Of a stretch of DNA of 64,000 nt, positions 12,044-25,222 are shown one piece after another. Under the pieces are notes generated by a model. The model made no database searches, was not told the origin of the DNA, and saw only the letters and a program-made list of their open reading frames with translations. A program made the position numbers and the translations under genes. Location of the stretch: NCBI GenBank assembly GCA_964187785.1, contig OZ076409.1, forward strand, positions 44,890,001 through 44,954,000, read 5' to 3'. The DNA is from Amphiscolops sp. MND2022. Taxonomy: Eukaryota. Position 1 is the stretch's first letter; every line of letters starts with the position of its first letter.

Positions 12044-15000
12044 CTACTCTTTGTGTGCATGACGTTCAACGTTTGCATTGTGGAGGTCAGTGTTCTTAAC
12101 TGGAAGACGTCTCAGCTTGCTGACAGGCCTTGTGAACTCACCGTGCGATGTTCTCATCAATGCCACTCGTGCTACGCCGTCTTGACCAAGTTTCAATTGC
12201 ATCGCTCGACCAACACTCCACTGCAGTGGTGGAAAGCCATCGTCTGTGATCAGCACTACGTCATCACCTGAGAGATTAGCTTGTTCTTGTCGCCACTTGC
12301 TTCGAGGTTGGAGTGATGCTACATACTCAGAAGACCATCGTTTCCAAACTTGAGAGAGTAGCTGTTGAAGACTGCGAAATCGTTTTATTGAATGCCCTCG
12401 GGCATCCTGCTTTTGCACGCAGGGCTGTGGGATAGCATCCAATCAGCTGCCATTGACTATCATTGACGGAGTGATTGCAAAGATGTAATCGGGGTTGTTT
12501 GTGAGAGCCATCAGTGGACGATACATGTTCTATTTCGCAAAGAATAGTTGTCATCTCCTCGTAGTTGAGAATGGAATTGCCCGTGACTCTACGCAAGTGG
12601 TGCTTCATCGACTTCAAGGCTGCTTCCCATAGTCCATCGAAGTTGGGTGATCGAGGAGGAAGGAAGAGCCATTCAATGCTGCTGTACGATTGTGCCCCTG
12701 CCCGAACCACTTTCTCAAGTTCGTTGAGGTCACGCCTTGCAACCACGAAGTTGGTTGATTGTCGGACACAATTAGACTGAGGATGTCTCGCAATGAATCG
12801 TCTTAGAGCTGCCATCATGGCATCTGACGTCAATGATGATACTGCTTCTAGATGAACTGCCTTTGAAGCTAACCATATAAACACAGCTACGTAACCCTTG
12901 ACACATTCAGTTGCATTTTTGAATGTTAGAGGTCCTGCGAATTCGAGGCCTACACAGGAGAAAGCACGTTCGAGAACCTCAATGCGACTGGATGGCAGGT
13001 CACCCATGAGCTGCTGTGTTGGCCCTTAGTTGAAGCGGAAGCACGTGACACACTTTTTGATGCAAGCTAACGCATTCTTCACTGCCTGAGTGACCCAGAT
13101 TTGACGTCTCGTCTCTGCCACTGTTACTGTGGGACCACCATGAAGGGTTCGTTTGTGGGCATCGTTGATTGCAAGTGTAGCCAGTTTGCTTCGGTGTGAC
13201 ACCAGTAAAGGGAACCGCTGATCGTCAGTCCTTGAGTACCCTTCGGCAAAGCTGCCGCCGACCCTGATGACGCCGTTGTCCATGAATGGATAGAGGGATG
13301 CTATTGAGCTCTTCGGGTTGATGGACTCACCATTTGAGAGGGCTTTGAACTCGGCTTCGAAGTGTACCATCTGATCTGCTTTGACCACAGCATACAAGGC
13401 GAGAGCCATTTCCTCCCGACCAAAGATCGCCTTGAGATCTTTCTTGAAAGCTACTTTGCAAATGCACAGGGTTCTTGATAACTTCACTTGTGATTTGAAA
13501 TTCTACAAGTCTACTAACGAGTCAGTGGGCGAAGCTAACACTGTCATGGATTTGACTTCTTGCCGGGCTTCCTCCTTTGAGTCAGCGGTTGGTCAGGAAA
13601 AGATGATCCCAACCACGATGGTCCTTGAAACCAGAATCTGCTGAGCCAAAAACTGCGTTGCTAGCAGTCCACAAGCTGCTGGGTTTTCCTCTGAGGGTAC
13701 GTGAAAGAAGTCAGTTATTGGCAGCATTGACTGAATTTGGGACACGCCGTTTGACACAAACGTATGCCATCGAGCAGGGTCTGCCTTGATCCATGAGAGG
13801 GCGATTGCTGAGTCTGAGTACAGCACAGAGACATTCAATGTTCGCTTTGATTTTGATAGTGTCCCCTTGACTGCTGTCGCATGTTTGGCACCAGTGTGAA
13901 GTTCCAAGAGCTCGAGTCGAGGGAGAGTTGAGGGTTTGATCGGAGCCAACTTGCATTTGGAGGAGATGAAGGTTGAGGTTACGATGTCATTTTTGACTGA
14001 CAACAGATAGACACAGGCACCACAAGCTTTTTGCGAGGCATCACAGAAGACTTGCAAGGATACTTCGTCGTACAAGTGGGTTGGCAGCACCCTCTGGGGT
14101 ATCTTGAGTTGTGATAGCGAGCTCATGTCATCTTTCCAGTTTGTGTATGCCCGTGACACATCATCTGGAACTGCATCATTCCACTCAATATCCAGCTTCC
14201 AGCAAGACTGAATGATGACCTTGGCTACCACGAGAACTGGGGCTTTAAGGCCAATTGGATCGAAAAGCTTTGAAACATCACTGAGTAAAGTTCGTTTGGT
14301 AATGGTTGAAACATACTCACTACAACATGCATACACGAAGTGATCCTCTAGAGACGCCACGTTTTGATTTGATGGGTTTTGTTGTTGATTTCATAGGCCT
14401 TACCAGCTTCCTGAAGGTCTTTCGGAAAACGAGTGACCAGTTGGGGTTCGTTGCTGCCGCACTTGCGTATGCGGAGACAATTCTTGTTGAGGGTTTCAAT
14501 CAAATTGTCAAATGCAATTCTTTTCATTGGTTCCAATTGTTACAAATTAATGGATTGATAAGGTACATCACCTGCGATTGAGTTCAGCACTAGTGGTGTC
14601 ACTGGCAGTTTTTGAGGACCAATCATGAGAATGACTGACTCTTTTGCTGCTTGCTGCCGTCCACCAATCCCTGAGATCTTCACATAACTTGTTGAACGGG
14701 CGATGCTGAGTTTTGATGTTGCATCTGCTGTGATGAAGGATGTTTGAGACCCTGAGTCCAGCAAGGCTCGAAACATCATTATTTTCCCGCTGCATCATCT
14801 ATGCCAACGAATGCTGTTCACAGAATCACAGAGGGACCACTGAATATTGCACCACTCGTCACAACACTTTGCTGCTCGACTGAACGATCAAAGTGCAGTG
14901 ATGTATGATGCCTCCCGTTGCAAGTACGGCAGCTGAACTTCGATGGACAGACAGCCACGAAATGCCGCCCCAATAATGCACAGTTTGAGCTTCCTCACCA

Positions 15001-16066
15001 CTGCCTTCTTCTCACGCGTGCCCAACTACTTCTAACGATCACACTGAGAGATTGATTGCGACCCACTGCATTCTTTCATCTGACAACTCGTTGAGTGCTC
15101 AACAGTTGAGGAGTAGGCTTCTTGATGCACCTTCTTAGGTGTCGTCTTGGGGGCAGAAACCTCAGGTTGGTCACCACTGGATTCCAATGCGCAGCTTCGT
15201 CTATCCATGAATGCAGTTAACTCCTTGAATGTTAACACATCTGTGCCGGGATGAGCCAATTCAAATTGCTTCCTTGTTTCAGCATCAAGTTTCTCCAGCA
15301 GCCAGTACACTAGTACTGCATCCCATTGATTGGCAGGAAGCCTCAAGGGCTTGCAAATGTTCGTTCGTCGATTCAAACAGTTTTTGCATCTCGACACTTG
15401 ACTCTCTCTTTATGGATGGTAGGACATGAATTGCAGCTAAGTGCGCCTTCACAATTGAACGCTTGTTGTTGTAGCACTCCTCTAACTAATGTCGTAGTTT
15501 GTATCATTGACCAACAGTGACAAAGCAATCTTAGCTGCATCACCCTTCAGTGACAATTTGAGGTATGATGGCTTCTCAACGTTGGCCATGTCAACTTTGC
15601 TGTCAACCAGTGTTGTGAAATGGTCCCAGAAAGAGACCCACTGTGTGTATTCATCGCTGAAGGAAGGAAGGGTCAGCTTAGGGAGCTTCGTGATCATACT
15701 GCCACTTGGACCTGCTGCGCCGCTCGTGCTTGGAGGCTGCATCGCCTTGATCTTGCCCAGACACCACTTCACTGCCCTTTCGGCTGCCAAGAACACGTCA
15801 GCAGCTTCAACCACATCGGCTAAAAACTCATCCTCGTCCTCAATGAGTAGTTGAATCTGAGAATCCAACGTCAGCATCTTGCGACGATCAATCAGGAACT
15901 CCAATGTGGCTTGGACATCCCCGAGGGCTCCACCGGCATGCCGGATTGCTGATGCCCGTCTTGTGAGGACGCCGCGATGAGCCCCTCTTGGTCGCTTGAG
16001 CTGAGGCAACTTCAACACACCACCAGAGTCGTCTGAACTGCCTGGACCATCTGCTGTTGACAACAC
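12044..16066 (-). pseudogene. BEL/Pao gag-pol, frameshifted, with most of RT deleted
   Basis: Gag KLPKLTLPSF...FWDHF, protease RALLDSGSQ, RT tail LRKWGSN, KRTLLSDVSKLFDPIG, RNase H FCDAS...PRLEL, integrase LHGG...CVTC, AVHLE, GLWEAALKSMK, RPVSKL. No YxDD segment between protease and RT tail. Confidence 0.93.
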
Positions 16067-19000
16067 GTCGAGGTCACCAATGTTTCGGGGTAGCTCTCAA
16101 GCTTGGCAAGTTTGGCACCAGTGTGAATTTCAAAGAGCTCGAGTCGAGGGAAGGGAAAGTTGAGGGTTTGATCGGAGCCACCTTGCATTTGGAGGGGATG
16201 AGGGTTGAGGATACGATGTCATCTGTGACTGACACCAGATAGACACAGGCACCATAAACTTTTTCCGAGGCATAACAAAAGACTTGCAAGGATGCTCCGT
16301 CGTACAAGTGGGTGGCAGCACCCTCTGGGGTATCTTGAGTTGTGATAGCGAGCTCATGTCATCTTTCCAGTTTGTGTATGCCCGTGACACATCAACTGGA
16401 ACTGCATCATTCCACTCAAAATCCAGCTTCCAGCAAGACTGAATGATGACCTTGGCTACTACGAGAACTGGGGCTATGAGGCCAATTGGATCGAAAAGCT
16501 TTGAAACATCACTGAGTAAAGTTCGTTTGGTAATGGTTGAAACATACTCACTACAACATGCATACACAAAGTGATCCTCTAGAGGATGCCACGTCAGTCC
16601 CAGTGTTTTGATTTGATGATTTTGTTGTTGATTTCATAGGCCTTACCATCTTCCTGAAGGTCTTTCGGAAGACGAGTGACCAGTTGGGATTCGTTGCTGC
16701 CCCACTTGCGTAGTGGGAGACTATTCTTGTTGAGGGTTTTAATCAGATTGTCAAATGTGACACTTTTCATTGGTTCCAATTGTTTCAAGTTATTGGATTG
16801 AGAAGGTACATTACCTGCGATTGATTTCAGCACTAGTGCTGTCACTGGCAGTTTTTAGGACCAATCATGAGATTGACTGACTCCTTTGCTGCTTGTTGCC
16901 GTCCACCAATCCCTGAGATCTTCACATAAATTGTTGAACGGGCGTTGTTGAGTTTTGATGCTGCATCCGCTGTGATGAAGGATGTTTGAGACACTGAGTC
17001 CAGCAAGGCTCGAAACATCATTACTTTCCCGCTGCATCATCTATGCCAACCATTGCTGTTGACAGAATCACAGAGGGACCACTGAATATTGCACCACTTG
17101 TCACACCACTTTGCTTCTCGACTGGACAATCAGAGTGCAGTCATGTATGATGCCTCCCGTTGCAAGTGCGGCAGCTGAACTTCGATGGACAGACAGCCAC
17201 AAAATGCCGCCCCATTAATGCACAGTTTGATCTTCCACGCCACTGCCTTCTTCTCACGCGTGCCCAATTACTTCTAACGATCACACTGAGAGATTGATTG
17301 TGACCCACTGCATTCTTTCATCTGACAACTGGTTGAGTGCTCAACAGTTGAGGAGTAGGCTTCTTGATGCACCTTCTTAGGCGTTGTCTTGGGGGCAGAA
17401 ACCTCAGGTTGGTCACCACTGGATTCCAATGCGCAGCTTCGTCTATCCATGAATGCAGTTAACTCCTTGAATGTTAACACATCTGTGCCGGGATGAGCCA
17501 ATTCAAATTGCTTCCTTGATTCAGCATCAAGTTTCTCCAGCAGCCAGTACACAAGTATTGCATCCCATTGATTGGCAGGAAGCCTCGAGGGCTTGCACAT
17601 GTTCGTTCGTCGATTCCAACAGTTTTCGCATCTCGACACTTGACTCTCTCTTTATGGATGGTAGGACTCGAATTGCAGCTACGTGCGCCTTCACAATTGA
17701 ACGCTTGTTGTTGTAGCGCTCCTCTAACTTTCGCTTCGCAATGTCGTAGTTTGTATCAGTGACCAACAGTGAAAAAGCAATCTTAGCTGCATCACACTTC
17801 AGTGACAATTTGAGGTATGATGGCTTCTCAACGTTGGCCATGTCAACTTTGCTGTCAACCAGTGTTGTGAATTGGTCCCAGAAAGAGACCCACTGTGTGT
17901 ATTCATCGCTGAAGGAAGGAAGGGTCAGCTTAGGGAGCTTCGTGATCATACTGCCACTTGGACCTGCTGCGCCGCTCGTGCTTGGAGGCTGCATCGCCTT
18001 GATCTTGCCCAGACACCACTTCACTGCCCTTTCGGCTGCCAAGAACACGTCAGCAGCTTCAACCACATCGGCTACAAACTCATCCTCGTCCTCAATGAGT
18101 AGTTGAATCTGAGAATCCAACGTCAGCATCTTGCGACGATCAATCAGGAACTCCAATGTGGCTTGGAAATCCCCGAGGGCTCCACCGGCTTGCCGGATTG
18201 CTGATGCCCGTCTTGTGAGGACGCCGCGATGAGCCCCTCTTGGTCACTTGAGCTGAGGCAACTTCAACACACCACCAGAGTCGTCTGAACTGCCTGGACC
18301 ATCTGCTGTTGACAACACGTCGAGGTCACCAATGTTTCGGGGTGGCTCTCAAGCTTGGCAATTTTGGCACCAGTGTGAATTTCAAAGAGCTCGAGTCGAG
18401 GGAAGGGAAAGTTGAGGGTTTGATCGGAGCCACCTTGCATTTGGAGGAGATGAGGGTTGAGGATACGATGTCATCTGTGACTGACACCAGATAGACACAG
18501 GCACCATAAACTTTTTCCGAGGCATCACAGAAGACTTGCAAGGATGCTTCGTCGTACAAGTGGGTTGGCAGCACCCTCTGGGGTATCTTGAGTTGTGATA
18601 GCGAGCTCATGTCATCTTTCCAGTTTGTGTATGCCCGTGACACATCATCTGGAACTGCATCATTCCACTCAATATCCAGCTTCCAGCAAGACTGAATGAT
18701 GACCTTGGCTACTACGAGAAATGGGGCTATGAGGCCAAATGGATCGAAAAGCTTTGAAACATCACAGAGTAAAGTTCGTTTGGTAATGGTTGAAACATAC
18801 TCACTACAACATGCATACACAAAGTGATCCTCTAGAGGATGCCACGTCAGTCCCAGTGTTTTGATTTGATGATTTTGTTGTTGATTTCATAGGCCTTACT
18901 AGCTTCCTGAAGGTCTTTCGGAAGAGGAGTGACCAGTTGGGATTCGTTGCTGCCCCACTTGCGTAGTGGGAGACTATTCTTGTTGAGGGTTTCAATCAGA

Positions 19001-21306
19001 TTGTCAAATGCGACACTTTTCATTGGTTCCAATTGTTTCAAGTTAATGGATTGAGAAGGTACATTACTTGCGATTGAGTTCAGCACTAGTGCTGTCACTG
19101 GCAGTTTTTAGGACCAATCATAAAATTGACTGACTCCTTTGCTGCTTGTTGCCGTCCACCAATCCCTGAGATCTTCACATAAATTGTTGAACGGGCGATG
19201 TTGAGTTTTGATGCTGCATCCGCTGTGATGAAGGATGTTTGAGACACTGAGTCCAGCAAGGCTCGAAACATCATTATCTTCCCGCTGCATCATCTATGCC
19301 AACCATTGCTGATGACAGAATCACAGAGGGACCACTGAATATTGCACCACTTGTCACACCACTTTGCTTCTCGACTGGACGATCAAAGTGCAGTCATGTA
19401 TGATGCCTCCCGTTGCAAGTGCGGCAGCTGAACTTCGATGGACAGACAGCCACAAAATGCCGCCCCATTAATGCACAGTTTGATCTTCCACGCCACTGCC
19501 TTCTTCTCACGCGTGCCCAACTACTTCTAACGATCACACTGAGAGATTGATTGTGACCCACTGCATTCTTTCATCTGACAACTGGTTGAGTGCTCAACAG
19601 TTGAGGAGTAGGCTTCTTGATGCACCTTCTTAGGCGTCGTCTTGGGGGTAGAAACCTCAGGTTGGTCACCACTGGATTCCAATGCGCAGCTTCGTCTATC
19701 CATGAATGCAGTTAACTCCTTGAATGTTAACACATCTGTGCCGGGATGAACCAATTCAAATTGCTTCCTTGATTCAGCATCAAGTTTCTCCAGCAGCCAG
19801 TACATAAGTATTGCATCCCATTGATTGGCAGGAAGCCTCGAGTGCTTGCACATGTTCGTTCGTCGATTCCAACAGTTTTCGCATCTCGACACTTGACTCT
19901 CTCTTTATGGATGGTAGGACTCGAATTGCAGCTACGTGCGCCTTCACAATTGAACGCTTGTTGTTGTAGCCCTGCTCTAACTTTCGCTTCGCAATGTCGT
20001 AGTTTGTATCAGTGACCAACAGTGACAAAGCAACCTTAGCTGCATCACACTTCAGTGACAATTTGAGGTATGATGGCTTCTCAACGTTGGCCATGTCAAC
20101 TTTGCTGTCAACCAGTGTTGTGAAATGGTCCCAGAAAGAGACCCACTGTGTGTATTCATCGCTGAAGGAAGGAAGGGTCAGCTTAGGGAGCTTCGTGATC
20201 ATACTGCCACTTGGACCTGCTGCGCCGCTCGTGCTTGGAGGCTGCATCGCCTTGATCTTGCCCAGACACCACTTCACTGCCCTTTCGGCTGCCAAGAACA
20301 CGTCAGCAGCTTCAACCACATCGGCTACAAACTCATCCTCGTCCTCAAAGAGTAGTTGAATCTGAGAATCCAACGTCAGCAACTTGCGACGATCAATCAG
20401 GAACTCCAATGTGGCTTGGACATCCTCGAGGGCTCCACCGGCTTGCCGGATTGCTGATGCCCGTCTTGTGAGGACGCCGCGATGAGCCCCTCTTGGTCGC
20501 TTGAGCTGAGGCAACTTCAACACACCACCAGAGTCGTCTGAACTGCCTGGACCATCTGCTGTTGACAACACGTCGAGGTCACCAATGTTTCGGGGTAGCT
20601 CTCAAGCTTGGCAAGTTTGGCACCAGTGTGAATTTCAAAGAGCTCGAGTCGAGGGAAGGGAAAGTTGAGGGTTTGATCGGAGCCACCTTGCATTTGGAGG
20701 AGATGAGGATTGAGGATACGATGTCATCTGTGACTGACACCAGATAGACACAGGCACCATAAACTTTTTCCGAGGCATCACAGAAGACTTGCAAGGATGC
20801 TTCGTCGTACAAGTGGGTTTGCAGCACCCTCTGGGGTATCTTGAGTTGTGATAGCGAGCTCATGTCATCTTTCCAGTTTGTGTATGCCCGTGACACATCA
20901 TCTGGAACTGCATCATTCCACTCAATATCCAGCTGCCAGCAAGACTGAATGATGACCTTGGCTACTACGAGAACTGGGGCTATGAGGCCAATTGGATCGA
21001 AAAGCTTTGAAACATCGCTGAGTAAAGCTCGTTTGGTAATGGTTGAAACATACTCACTACAACATGCATACACGAAGTGATCCTCTAGAGGATGCCACGT
21101 CAGTCCCAGTGTTTTGATTTGATGATTTTGTTGTTGATTTCATAGGCCTTACCAGCTTCCTGAAGGTCTTTCGGAAGACGAGTGACCAGTTGGGGTTCGT
21201 TGCTGCCCCACTTGCGTAGTGGGAGACAATTTTTATTGAGGGTTTCAATCAGATTGTCAACGACACTTTTCATTGGTTCCAATTGTTTCAACATAATGGA
21301 TTGAGA
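13875..21306 (-). repeat. Tandem array, ~3.3 copies of a ~2252-bp BEL segment (LTR tip, PBS, gag, protease, RT tail, RNase H start)
   Basis: Equivalent ORFs at 16057/18309/20562 and 15032/17274/19527. Each junction joins RNase H sequence to a ~23-bp LTR remnant. Confidence 0.95.
16064..16079 (-). promoter_or_regulatory. Primer-binding site, tRNA-Trp type (repeated at 18316-18331 and 20569-20584)
   Basis: TGGTGACCTCGACGTG one base after the LTR end. One mismatch to the complement of the eukaryotic tRNA-Trp 3' end. Confidence 0.8.
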
Positions 21307-21389
21307 TATTGTCGTCAGTGGGTTAACCAGCTACGGCGTGCATGTGTTCAGCGGAGAAGACGCTTTGGAAATGCATGTAGTCCACTCAC

Positions 21390-24300
21390 AAGACTGGGAG
21401 GGGACCTACTAAGTCGACTTCCATGAGGTCTTCTGGTCCAATTGACGGATCGTAAATTTTATAAAGAAGTGGTATTAGTTGCGATTTTTTCATTTTTTTT
21501 GGGTGTGGCAAAAGTTTGCATCCATCCATTGTTTTTTAGACTGCTAAATAGGGCGAATATTACCGCTTTTGAAGCTCACAATGCTTTTTCATGGATCCAC
21601 GGTGTCCCTGTATTGGGTTGCTATGTAGGGTCCTGATTATGTCCTCTGTGCATTTTTCAGATACTACAATTTGTTTATGGGTTTTGAGACGGTTATTGTT
21701 AAACATTTTTCTGTTTGACACGCTGTTGAAAATTTCGAGGCGTATGAGGCGTTTAGGTAGTTTTTGGAAGAGGGGGTTCATTGGATTGACTGGGTATTTG
21801 GGTGTTTCATCACCTTTTAAGATGTGGATCATTCGTTGAGTGTCGTTGTTATCCTTTTGTAGGACTACTAAATCAACCTTCCTCTCGGGGGACATCGTGT
21901 TTAAAACCGTTGTACAGGACGCTGTCTTTTGGATGAATTTGTAGTGTTTGGTTTCATCGCCTTGTAGTTGTAGTTCAAGCTGAGAGATGTCAAAATTTTA
22001 GAATGGATGGAACATCATCCAATTTTTATCAACAACGGTGAGAGGGTTGACTTTTTTCTTGTTCTCATCGGACACAGTGACTTAGTTTCGACATGCTATT
22101 TGCATCGTTATCTCGTCTTTTGTGCGTGTTTTGCGCATTGAATCACCAGAGGAGAGAAAACATCTGGTTCGTCTTCCTCATGTTTCGGGTGTTTTTGATG
22201 CAATGTCAATTTCAAAATGGTAGTGAATCATTCAATTTCAAGTGTTAGGCCAATTATTCTTTCTTCAAGCCTTATCTCTAGTCGAGAGAGGTAATCAGCT
22301 GCTGGATTTTCGACGCCTGGTATGTGAGGTAATATGGAGTTGAATTGAATGTTTGCTCACAAAAATTCCACAGTGACGACATTGACGGAAGAATGTCTTT
22401 TGTTTGCAAAAATCTACTTACGGCTTTGTTGCCTGTAATTACGATGATAGGTTCTTTAGCTCGCCACTTTTGCCGTGTAGATTGACACACATGTACATTT
22501 CGATTACGAACCGACGTCCACTCGTCAAAGCTGACAGAAAACGCTTCGCCGTCGCTGAGCTTTGATCGTATAGTCTCTTTGAGATCCTGTTGCACGCTTG
22601 CTCGAATTGATAGATTGTACTGTCGCACAGTAAGATGGTCAGTTGGAATCTTCGTAAATCCACGTGCGACTAAGCCTTGGCGAGTGTCGTGGGATGTAGC
22701 AATCATATGGAGCGAAATGCCATCTTTAGCAGCCATGCAAGAGAGAACCTGAAAACTGAATTTCATCCGCTTTTTATGTTTTTTTGACGTAGAAATCTTA
22801 CAATTTGCGCGTGTCATTACCCTGAGCTAATGAATGACCAGATGTTATGCTGTACAGTGTACTTACAAGAGGAAGTGTATCTCGCTCAATCGACTCAGAA
22901 ATTGTAGCTTGGAGTTTCTTTTTCTTCGATGCGTTGAATGAAGGTGACGCTGACGGACCGCTCTCCCTCGATACTGTCAATGTCTCAAATGCTGCACCGT
23001 GCTTTGCCTGGAGAGGCGACTTTAACATTTTTGTGCTACCTCCAAGCGTTTCCACCTGCTTCGCACAGTGTGAACAATTTGCGGTATCCCTGTCCAGTCG
23101 CTCGTAATGCACCCAGGATACAGATACACTCATATCTGAAAAATACCCAAATTGTAACAACTTTTGCAAGTTGTCAGCGGTCTCAGGATCCCGCGGTGTA
23201 AATTCCGGGATCTCGGGACCTCAAAATTACTCGGAATCCCGGGAGTTCGGGAACCCGGGATCCCAACACTACTGAGCAGCATCTGCGACAGTTGTAACTA
23301 AATAGTTTTGTTCTCCGTAGTCGTTCTTGATGAGGTTGTTTATTCGTCTTAAATCTACTAAAATCCTCAGTCTGCCGTCCGGATTTCTTTGCGCTAAAAA
23401 GTGTGCGGAAGTGTTGTAACCTGGAGTTTTCGTTGGATGTCGTTATCCTTTTGTATGGCTACTAAGTCAACCTCCTTCTCGGGGGACATCTTGTTTAAAA
23501 CCGTTGTACTTGACGCTGTCTTTTGGATGAATTTGTAGTGTTTGGTTTCTTCGCCTTGTAGTAGTAGTTCAAGCTCAAAGATGTCAAAATTTTTGGATGG
23601 ATGCAACATCCAGTTTTCATCGTCAACGGTGAAAGGGTTGACTTTTATCTTGTTCTCATCGGACACAGTGACTTAGTTTCGACATAATATTTGCATCTTT
23701 TTCTCGTCTTTCGCGCGTGTTTTGCGCGTTGCATCACCGGGAATGAAAAAGTCTGGTTCGTCTTCCTCATGTTTATATGTTTTTGATGCAATGTCATTTT
23801 CATTATGGTAGACTGGTATTGAATCATTCAATTTACCTTGTGTTAGGCCTTTTACTTTTTCTTCAGGCCTTATCTCTAGTCGAGAGAGGTAATCAGCTGC
23901 TGGATTTTTGACGACTGGTATGTGAGTTAATCTGAAGTTGAATTTCAAAATTTGATCACAGAAGTTACCCGGTGACGAAATAATGTGTTTTGCTTTAAAA
24001 AATCTACTGAAGGTTTTGTTGTCTGTCAAAAGGATGATCGGTTTTTTAGCACCCCACAGAATGAGCCAAATTGATCGGACTTGAAGTGCTTTGCCAAAAT
24101 TCTTTCGCATATATCGTAAAAGTCATTAGGTTTCCTTGGAACTTCTCTGAGCCAAAGGCGACTGGGCGTATGTTTTTATGTTACCTGAGCCTTTTTCAAG
24201 ACTATCCTCTATGATTAAAACTTATCCTGCTGAGTTTTCGCTAGCGTGGCACATAATGACAAGTTGTTTGTCTGGCAGGGACATATTTAGAGAGACTTTA

Positions 24301-25220
24301 GTTGCTTTTAAGAGAGCTTCGTTATTTCTAGTATCAAGTTTTTGTGACTTTGTTTGAGTTTAAGCGGTATGTCCTCTTTGTTCAAGGTGTGTAAAACTAC
24401 GGTTTTATTGATTAATCTAGGGATGTAGGATCGACGAAAAATGACGAATCCGAGGTAGCGTTGAAGTGCTTCGACAGAATTTGGTAGTGTCAGTTTTCGG
24501 ACGCAGTCGGTGACCCGTTTTCGATTGGTGCTATTCCAGCAATTGAAATCGTTCAGCCTTTGTTTTCGATTTTTTGTTGGCCGAACTCACATTTGCTCAT
24601 GCTCAGTTTGAGTCTTGCTTTGCGGAGTTGTTGAAGACAAGTTCTAGATTTTCCATGGATGTCTCTAGGGTATGTGCCGCAATACCTATGTCGTCTAAGT
24701 ACTGTGCGCAACGATCGGTTTTACGAGAAGGTCTAGGTATTCACGAACTGCACTTGTAAAGACTGACACTGAGCGGTTTAATCCCTGAACCAACCCCAAG
24801 AATGCAAGTATGCGCGAAGTAAAGTTAAAGGATAGTAATTGGATGGATTGCTCCTCTGCTATTGGAAGACAATGGTAGGCCTAAGAACAATGTAACGTGC
24901 AAAAATATTTTTTCCTAGCCGTGTGCTGAGCAGCATCTGCGACTGTTGTAACTGGATGGTTTTGTTCTCCTTAGTCGTTTTCGAAGAGGTGGTTTTTCCA
25001 GGTGAAGTCTACTAAAATCCTCAGTTTGTCGTTTGGATTTCTTTGCGCAAAAATGGCCGAGGAATATTTACGATGAGGAAGTGTAGTATTGATCCCATAT
25101 TCTTGCATCAATGCAAGCTCGACAAGCAAATCGTACTTCGGGTTTGTCTGAGTTGGGATACGTTGCGAATAGACTGGTTTGTCAAGTGGCAATATGACTT
25201 TGACTTTAAAATTGGTGTTT
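21390..25220 (-). pseudogene. Decayed, rearranged Ty3/Gypsy pol (RT, RNase H, integrase start)
   Basis: KLRILVD, AQYLDDI (~24690), TDNK, NPAADYLSRL, LHSNPIQGHRG, EVDLVGP. Internal duplications 21840-22460 vs 23430-24050 and 23272-23395 vs 24926-25048. Confidence 0.9.
22497..23271 (-). mobile_element. 5' fragment of a hAT transposon with BED finger and one intron
   Basis: Terminus TAGTGTTGGGATCCCGGG with CCCGGGA subterminal repeats. WVHY...CSHC...KH motif. In-frame GT-AG intron 22749-22866, then SFDEWTS. Confidence 0.85.
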
Positions 25221-25222
25221 TT

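Noticed and set aside
19780..20571. Domesticated gag gene
   Set aside because: Non-ATG start and a frameshift shared with the other copies.
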